The notes beneath the pieces are model-generated. The model was not told the origin of the DNA. It made no database searches and saw nothing but the letters and a program-made list of their open reading frames with translations. From contig JAHJEV010000003.1 of assembly GCA_018825365.1 (NCBI GenBank), positions 2,284 through 66,283 of the forward strand: 64,000 bases of DNA, in the 5' to 3' direction. Each line of letters begins with the position of its first letter. Position 1 is the stretch's first letter. Of this stretch, positions 58,473 through 64,000 are shown one piece after another. Position numbers and translations under genes: made by a program. Origin of the DNA: Patescibacteria group bacterium (GTDB lineage Bacteria > Patescibacteriota > WWE3 > UBA101185 > UBA10185).

Positions 58473-58904
58473 TTATTGGCCGGATGAAGGTGAGGATTGA
58501 GAAACTTCGGTTTCCGAAACCCCGAGCTTTTCTGAGAGGTATTTTATGACGTCAACAGCTCCTTCATAGCATTTTCCATTGGCGTACAAAAGCGGGATTC
58601 CCAGACCTGCTGTGGGAATGTTGCACCTCTTTGCAACTGCAACAAGTTTTTTGGAGTTAGCTGCGGAGAAAACCTCTATTTTTTCTAACGTTATTTTTTC
58701 TTCAATGTTGTTCTGAGTCATAAATTCCTCAACAATTTTGCAGTTTGGGCATGTGGTTTCATAAAAATACACAGGATTTTTGGAGTTTAATATCTCATCG
58801 ATTGCAACTTGATCTTTTTTCGATTTTGCACCATCCAAAACGATGATTCCGATAAGAAGGCCGATGGTTAAGATTATAAATAGTGTGATTAGCGTTTTAC
58901 TCAT
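58473..58904 (-). CDS. Membrane-anchored thioredoxin/glutaredoxin-fold protein
   Basis: N-terminal TM; YFY..TCPNC; GIP cis-Pro loop; additional Cys pair. Confidence 0.85.
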   Translation of the reverse strand: MSKTLITLFIILTIGLLIGIIVLDGAKSKKDQVAIDEILNSKNPVYFYETTCPNCKIVEEFMTQNNIEEKITLEKIEVFSAANSKKLVAVAKRCNIPTAGLGIPLLYANGKCYEGAVDVIKYLSEKLGVSETEVSQSSPSSGQ

Positions 58905-58993
58905 ACTTGTGATTATAAACTATTACATGATTTTGGGAGGGAAAGCAAATGTTCTGTGGTGGGGGTAAGTGCTAGGATGTGCGAACTATCTGT

Positions 58994-59494
58994 TTAGATA
59001 TTATTTAAGAATATTTTGTCAACAACAGAGCCGATCTGTAGCATGTCAGTATTTATAATGTGCCATTTACTAGGATTTGTATTTCTATAAGATAATTTTG
59101 CGTAAACATTCCGAATTAAACCCTCATTTACGCGTTTTTCCCTATTTTGGTTTCTTTCTAAAATGGTTTCCAGTCTTGGGTTTAACCAAACCATGACCGC
59201 ATCAGGTAATTCTTTAAGATAAATTTTTTCTTGCTCGATACTAACTGAATCGTCTATTACAACATCAAAACCAAACTTCTCAGCATTTTTAGCCAGGCAA
59301 CATGTATTTAATGTGGCTAATTCAAACTGACTAGCTGTTTCTTTCGTCCAGTTTGCGGGAGAAGCGTACCCATTTTTTACAAAAAGCCTTAAAATATCAG
59401 TTTCTATTAGAAAGGATTTCTCGAGTTTTTGTGCTAATTTATTAGCTGTTGTAGATTTACCGGAACCGGGGACTCCAGCAATCAAATAAATCAT
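58994..59494 (-). CDS. P-loop kinase (AAA_33-like)
   Basis: IAGVPGSGKST, VVIDD, ERN..R lid. Confidence 0.85.
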   Translation of the reverse strand: MIYLIAGVPGSGKSTTANKLAQKLEKSFLIETDILRLFVKNGYASPANWTKETASQFELATLNTCCLAKNAEKFGFDVVIDDSVSIEQEKIYLKELPDAVMVWLNPRLETILERNQNREKRVNEGLIRNVYAKLSYRNTNPSKWHIINTDMLQIGSVVDKIFLNNI

Positions 59495-59567
59495 AAATAT
59501 AGTATAACCTAGAAATTGAACTTACCGTTAGATATAAAATAAGGTTGGTAAAACAAATAAAAAATAA

Positions 59568-59644
59568 TGGTGGGCGGTAAAGGAGTCGAACCTATGACCT
59601 CTACAATGTCAATGTAGCGCTCTAACCATCTGAGCTAACCGCCC
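59568..59644 (-). tRNA. tRNA-Val(GAC)
   Basis: GGGCGGT acceptor, TAGCTCAG..GG D-arm, CTACA-ttGACat-TGTAG anticodon arm, GGTTCGA, encoded CCA. Confidence 0.96.
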
Positions 59645-59687
59645 TAGTTTACACTCACGATCCCTTACCCTAACTTTGCAAAGAAGC

Positions 59688-60287
59688 TTACTTTTTCTTC
59701 TTCGAAGCCATTATTTTATCAATAATTCCGTATTTTATCGACTCTGTTGCATCCATCCAATAATCTCTATCCATATCAGTCTTTACTTTGTCAAGTTTCT
59801 GGCCTGTTTCTTTTGAGACAATTTCAGCATATTGATCTCTTAGTTTGAGCATGTGCCTTGCTGTTATCTCAACATCAGTTGCCTGTCCCTCAACCCCACC
59901 GATTACTTGGTGGATCATTGTCTGGGCTCCGGGAAGCGAGTATCTTTTACCTTTTGATCCGGCAGCCAAAAGCAAAGCTCCGGCTGATGCAGCGAGCCCG
60001 ACATTTATAGTTACAATTTCGTTTTTGACGTGTTTCATAGTGTCGTACATGGCAATTCCGGCGTAAACTTCTCCCCCGGGCGAGTTTATATAAACACTGA
60101 TATCTTTATCCGGGTTTTGGCTTTCCAAAAACAAAAGCTGGGCAATAAATGTATTTGCAACCCCCATATCAATGGGTCCGGTTACAAAAACCACAAAATC
60201 TTTCAACAGTCTGGAATAGATATCATAAGATCTTTCATTTCCGCTTTGATCTCTTTCTATTACGATAGGTACAAGTGTGTTATTCAT
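59688..60287 (-). CDS. clpP: ATP-dependent Clp protease proteolytic subunit
   Basis: [36 protein letters not shown]. Confidence 0.97.
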   Translation of the reverse strand: MNNTLVPIVIERDQSGNERSYDIYSRLLKDFVVFVTGPIDMGVANTFIAQLLFLESQNPDKDISVYINSPGGEVYAGIAMYDTMKHVKNEIVTINVGLAASAGALLLAAGSKGKRYSLPGAQTMIHQVIGGVEGQATDVEITARHMLKLRDQYAEIVSKETGQKLDKVKTDMDRDYWMDATESIKYGIIDKIMASKKKK

Positions 60288-61218
60288 GTTTTACTCCCTC
60301 TGTTTCTTCAATCAGCTTTTGAATAAGCTTGTTTTTTTGAAGAACCGTTTTTATATAAAGTCGCTCCATGGGGGAATTCATCTTTTCTCCAAGGGCTTTG
60401 TCCCCTATTGCTCCTATCATATCATCAATTTCCTTGTCAGTAACCTCGATTTTTTCCTCGTTTATCAGGTGTGAAAGGACAAATTCGGCTTTAATATTCT
60501 TTTCGGATGATGCGTCGTAGTCTTTTCTTAAGCCTTCTGCGGTTTTGTTTTGAGCGGAAAGATACTTCTCAACCGGTAAGTTTATTGATTTTAGCTGATC
60601 CATGAGTCTTGCAAGCATTCTATCTGTTTCTTCTTCTTTTAAGATATCTGCAATTTCAACTTCTGATTCTTTCAAAAGTACTTCTATTATCTCGTTTGCT
60701 CCCAAGTGAACATGTTTTTCGTGTTCCTCTTTCTTTTCTTCTTTTTTATCTTCCTTTGATTTCTCATCCGTTTTTTTTGTATCCTTTTTGTTTTCTTCCT
60801 CTTCTTTCTCAGCTTTTTGTTTCTTTTCCTCGTAGTACGCTTTCAAAGCTTTCTTGTAATCTTTCATTTTTATTTCCGGTCTTACTGCGAATGTGGCCGA
60901 GAATTCAAGATCTTTTTCAAGATTAAACTCTTTTACTTCAACTTTAGGATTCGAAACCGGTGAAATATGGTTTTCTTTTAAGGCTTGAGGATAGTAAGTC
61001 TGCAGTAAATCGTTTAATGCGTCTCCGTAAAGCGTGGAAACTCCGATTTTGTCTTTTACCATCTCTTTTGGAGCCGTGCCCTTTCGAAAACCTTCAATTT
61101 CGGTTTCTTGAACGGCCTGGGTTATGGTTTTATCGTATGCTTCCTTAACTTTGCCATTCTCTATGGTAATAGTTAATTTTATGGTTGATTTTGGTAGCTT
61201 TTCGATATTAGTTTTCAT
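60280..61218 (-). CDS. tig: Trigger factor lacking the PPIase domain
   Basis: I.GFRKG.AP ribosome-binding motif; charged linker in place of the FKBP domain; upstream of clpP. Confidence 0.92.
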   Translation of the reverse strand: MKTNIEKLPKSTIKLTITIENGKVKEAYDKTITQAVQETEIEGFRKGTAPKEMVKDKIGVSTLYGDALNDLLQTYYPQALKENHISPVSNPKVEVKEFNLEKDLEFSATFAVRPEIKMKDYKKALKAYYEEKKQKAEKEEEENKKDTKKTDEKSKEDKKEEKKEEHEKHVHLGANEIIEVLLKESEVEIADILKEEETDRMLARLMDQLKSINLPVEKYLSAQNKTAEGLRKDYDASSEKNIKAEFVLSHLINEEKIEVTDKEIDDMIGAIGDKALGEKMNSPMERLYIKTVLQKNKLIQKLIEETEGVKHE

Positions 61219-61280
61219 AGCGTAGATATTGTATCACAGGGGGCAAAGGTCTTGCCTCTATTTTAAGTAGAAATGGGGAT

Positions 61281-61368
61281 TTGACTATTTTTCGAGAGGG
61301 TGGTATAAAAGTAGTATTTCGATAGGGGGAACAACGAACAGCTAACCATGCTTAAGTGACGACCCCCA
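61281..61368 (+). ncRNA. Candidate small structured RNA A with promoter (3' flank of the NYN gene)
   Basis: TTGACT-17-TATAAA (61281-61309), then GGGGG-aacaa...GCTAA...acga-CCCCC. Confidence 0.45.
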
Positions 61369-61887
61369 CTATTTTCTCTCTTCTAACTTTTCTCTTAGAT
61401 AGTTTACAAACGCCAAGTAATTCCAAAAGTTTCTATAGAGAGATGAATAGCTATGTATATCCGGGATCACAATTTTCATAAGCTTATCTTTCCTTCTAAG
61501 ATACTCAACAAGGCAGTGAAAATCTCCATCTCCGGAAACAATGACTGCTTTATCATAGTTTGGAAACTCAATCATAGTGTGTAGAACTAACTCAGCATCA
61601 ACATTACCCTTATAGGTATTTTCTCTTTTATCCTTAACTTTTAATGTCGGTTTGAAAACCAATAAATAGCCATCTTTTCGTAGTTTTTTGTAGAGGTTTT
61701 GGTACTTAGGCACGTACCCGACAAATAAGTAACATTTGCCGACACTATACTTGTCCCTTAAATACACTCTAAATCTGCTGAAATCCAGCTTCCAACCTTG
61801 GTTTTTCACACTTACATTTAGGTTTTGGCTGTCTATGAAAGCATATATTTTTTCAACCCTTTTTTTCCTTGGAGTCTTCCCTGCCAT
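61369..61887 (-). CDS. NYN-domain (PIN-like, LabA/DUF88) putative ribonuclease
   Basis: AFIDSQNL, KGNVDAEL, IVSGDGDF..LV..L. Confidence 0.92.
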   Translation of the reverse strand: MAGKTPRKKRVEKIYAFIDSQNLNVSVKNQGWKLDFSRFRVYLRDKYSVGKCYLFVGYVPKYQNLYKKLRKDGYLLVFKPTLKVKDKRENTYKGNVDAELVLHTMIEFPNYDKAVIVSGDGDFHCLVEYLRRKDKLMKIVIPDIHSYSSLYRNFWNYLAFVNYLREKLEERK

Positions 61888-61951
61888 TAAGTGGATTTTA
61901 TCAGCAGAGGAAAAAATAAGAATAAACCAATGCCTATTTTGACTAGATTTG

Positions 61952-62048
61952 TTGATTATTTTATTAGATGTGTTATAAATGTATTAATCACCATGAGGGG
62001 ACACACCTAAGGCTAAGTCCGAAGGATAATGCCCCTCGTTTTTATTTT
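61952..62048 (+). ncRNA. Candidate small structured RNA B with promoter (5' flank of the NYN gene)
   Basis: TTGATT-16-TATAAA with extended TG; 8-bp stem ATGAGGGG/CCCCTCGT enclosing CC-taa-GG and TCC-gaa-GGA; T-rich tail. Confidence 0.5.
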
Positions 62049-62118
62049 CCAAAATCGATAAATATCAAAAAGGCAGATTGCCGGGCAAATTAATTTGTAT
62101 TTTGGTTATAATATAAGT

Positions 62119-62463
62119 ATGTCTGAATCCATAAACCTTAATTGCCCGTTTTGCAACAAAGAAACAAGACCAACGGATACCTTCTGCCCCACCTGCGGAA
62201 AAAAGCTTCCTGACAAAAATCTTCCGTTTTCCACCGCGCAGAAAATAAAAATTTATCTCATCAGTGTGGTACTTGCGCCACTCGGTCTGTATTGGTTTGT
62301 TAAGTATTTTAGGAATGAGAACTCGGACAAGAGAAAAACGGCTTTTATTGCTCTTTATTTAACATTATTTACGTTAACCACGCTTACTATAATAAGTTAC
62401 TACTATGTTAAGCAATTAAACACCTACATGGAGTCATACGATTTTAGCGGCTTGGGTTTATAA
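62119..62463 (+). CDS. Zinc-ribbon membrane protein
   Basis: CPFC...FCPTCG followed by two TM segments. Confidence 0.82.
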   Translation: MSESINLNCPFCNKETRPTDTFCPTCGKKLPDKNLPFSTAQKIKIYLISVVLAPLGLYWFVKYFRNENSDKRKTAFIALYLTLFTLTTLTIISYYYVKQLNTYMESYDFSGLGL

Positions 62464-62570
62464 GACAGACATCAACAAAACACACTCACACCACAAAGAT
62501 AAAATATCTCATGGAAGTTGCTCCTTCTGACATTTCTGGAGCTTTACCTTTTAAATATACGACTTTTCTT

Positions 62571-62825
62571 TCAGGTTTGCTTAGTATAAGCCTCGAAACT
62601 ATCGGCAGCTTTAGGATCCAGTGACCTAAGAGTTTCTATAACTTTTGTTTTAAGATCAAGATATGAAATCTTTTCTTCTGCAGCTTTTTCAGGAAGCCAC
62701 AACTCTACTGCCACGGCTACTGCTTCTGCTGTTTCTGGTGTTCCTCCGGATTTTATTACTCCGTTTAGAATTTTACCTCTGTCAAAATCCTGTTCGGTGC
62801 CGTCTTTTTTTATTACTTTAAACAT
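62571..62825 (-). CDS. Stand-alone ATP-cone domain protein
   Basis: VIKKDGT...FDR.KI...V.KSG; SD AAGGGAGGTGA. Confidence 0.88.
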   Translation of the reverse strand: MFKVIKKDGTEQDFDRGKILNGVIKSGGTPETAEAVAVAVELWLPEKAAEEKISYLDLKTKVIETLRSLDPKAADSFEAYTKQT

Positions 62826-62925
62826 TAAAATCACCTCCCTTATGTTTAATTGTATATTAAAAGTTGTGTATAAAGCTATCTTTTGTATCTATTGCTGCTA
62901 CCCGATAGAGTAAAATGTGTTTTAT

Positions 62926-63402
62926 ATGGAGAAAATAGTTATTACAAAGGCAAATAAAAAAGATATTCCAAGGATTGTTGAAATTCATAGAAAATGTGTC
63001 TCTACTACAAACTCGAAAAGTTATCCTGTTGAAAATATTAGAGAGTGGTTGGAGCAGATAAATGCTGAGAATGTAGAGTGTCAGCTTAAGAAGTCACTTT
63101 GGTTTGTTTTAAAGAAAGGTAAAACTACCATTGGTTTCTGTCAGTTTAACATTAAAGATAAGGTGTTGTATCAGATGCAGGCTAATCCGGATTACCAAGG
63201 TATGGGATATGGAAAGGTATTGTATAAGTTTATTGAAGAGTATTTCAGGAAGAATGGGGTTTCTAAGATATCACTTTACGCTACTATAAACGCCGTTGAT
63301 TTCTATAGAAGACTTGGTTTCACTACTGTCAAACCAATAAAATTTAAGTTGAAAACTCTTTACAATGATTTGTTTGAAATGGAAAAGAGTATCTACTGCT
63401 GA
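62926..63402 (+). CDS. GNAT-family acetyltransferase
   Basis: NPDYQGMGYG, NAVDFYRRLGF. Confidence 0.9.
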   Translation: MEKIVITKANKKDIPRIVEIHRKCVSTTNSKSYPVENIREWLEQINAENVECQLKKSLWFVLKKGKTTIGFCQFNIKDKVLYQMQANPDYQGMGYGKVLYKFIEEYFRKNGVSKISLYATINAVDFYRRLGFTTVKPIKFKLKTLYNDLFEMEKSIYC

Positions 63403-63459
63403 GTTTAAAAAAAGAAAGGACTGGGCTATTTATATTAGAAAAATATTACTAAGAAAACA

Positions 63460-63610
63460 TTTACAAACTGCAATGTTTGGAATATACTCACTTTAATAAG
63501 TCCTTAGGGTAACGTGGCGCGTAGGGCACTCTCAAGAGGAGTATCCCATTTGAAACGTCAATATTCCCGAAAGGCAATAATTAATCCGCTCTTTTGAGTG
63601 GATTTTTTAT
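63460..63610 (+). ncRNA. Candidate sRNA of about 110 nt with promoter and terminator
   Basis: TTTACA-17-TATACT (63460-63488); internal hairpins; terminator AATCCGCTC-tttt-GAGTGGATT-tttta. Confidence 0.55.
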
Positions 63611-63623
63611 TTGTATAAGCTTA

Positions 63624-64000
63624 TTATCGAGGTGTTATTTCTTTTAAATCTATGTTTCCCTTTTGATATTCGAACCTTACAACCCAATTATTGAAAAATC
63701 CGTCTTGTCCAAGTAGTCCGTAAGCCAGTTTATCCATATCATAAGAAAAACCAACCTTGCACTTATGAGGGTGCCCACCGATTTTAAAGGAAATTTCATG
63801 AAAATATGCTTTTTGAGGTTCTCCCGAGGTACCGAAAAATACGAGAGGAACTCCGGATTTAACATCTAACCCTAATTGTTCCCCAATCAAAGCGTGGAAA
63901 ATACAATAATCAGCACCCGAGTCAATTAAAACCAAATATCCGAAGTTACCGACTTTATCAGTTTCAAAGTCTATCTAAATAACAGGTCTCAAGACTGATT
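63624..64000 (-). pseudogene. Retropepsin-like aspartic protease, apparently interrupted by an in-frame TAG (5' end outside the window)
   Basis: LIDSGAD ... GLLGQDGFF; upstream frame reads SVLRPVI*IDFETDKVGNFGY with TAG at 63975-63977. Confidence 0.7.

Noticed and set aside
60280-61218. PPIase-less trigger factor and short PheT/HolB as novelties
   Set aside because: Consistent with ordinary streamlining in reduced genomes; recorded as features only.
511-63865. Many 60-220 aa antisense or overlapping ORFs in the track (e.g. 511-849, 17930-18409, 40393-41043)
   Set aside because: They lie opposite or within well-supported genes and have no motifs or start signals.
22056-63977. TAG reassigned to Gln (two in-frame TAGs where Q would fit)
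   Set aside because: TAG ends intact genes at natural C-termini (pilin 12350, rsmD, PBP1A, M16 peptidase); both cases are in accessory or decaying genes and C-to-T mutation explains them.

Overview
Low-GC bacterial chromosome segment. Gene content suggests a Patescibacteria/CPR genome, possibly WWE3/Microgenomates-like (inference): a type IV pilus system with about 10 pilin-like genes and no PilQ in the window, trigger factor without the PPIase domain, short PheT and HolB, and few SD sequences on housekeeping genes. Housekeeping blocks: rnhB-gyrA-gyrB-holB; trmD-khpA-rpsP-rnc-acp-nusB-rpmF-rsmD-recG-tyrS; PBP1A-pheST; thrS-infC-rpmI-rplT; truB; tRNA-Val; clpP-tig. They surround two T4P clusters (7.8-13.8 kb and 25.4-35.7 kb) separated by a variable region (13.8-25.3 kb). 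Main find: this region holds two minus-strand loci with the same order: small Cys-rich peptide, hairpin, HExxH protein, radical SAM/SPASM, accessory gene. Locus 1 is intact, with an unannotated 51-aa CxP-repeat precursor. Locus 2 is decayed, with a 37-aa CX3D-repeat precursor, a frameshifted SPASM remnant and IS3/IS30 damage. Each locus starts right after a leftover copy of the 3' end of the response regulator gene. Other highlights: a thrombospondin-repeat, cysteine-ladder surface protein heading the minor-pilin operon; an NYN RNase gene flanked by two related promoter-driven hairpin RNAs; a stand-alone candidate sRNA; a candidate thiol-redox operon; an ACP lacking its phosphopantetheine serine; and orphan single-gene cassettes sharing a 14-nt translation start signature. 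All calls come from reading the sequence; no database searches were run.
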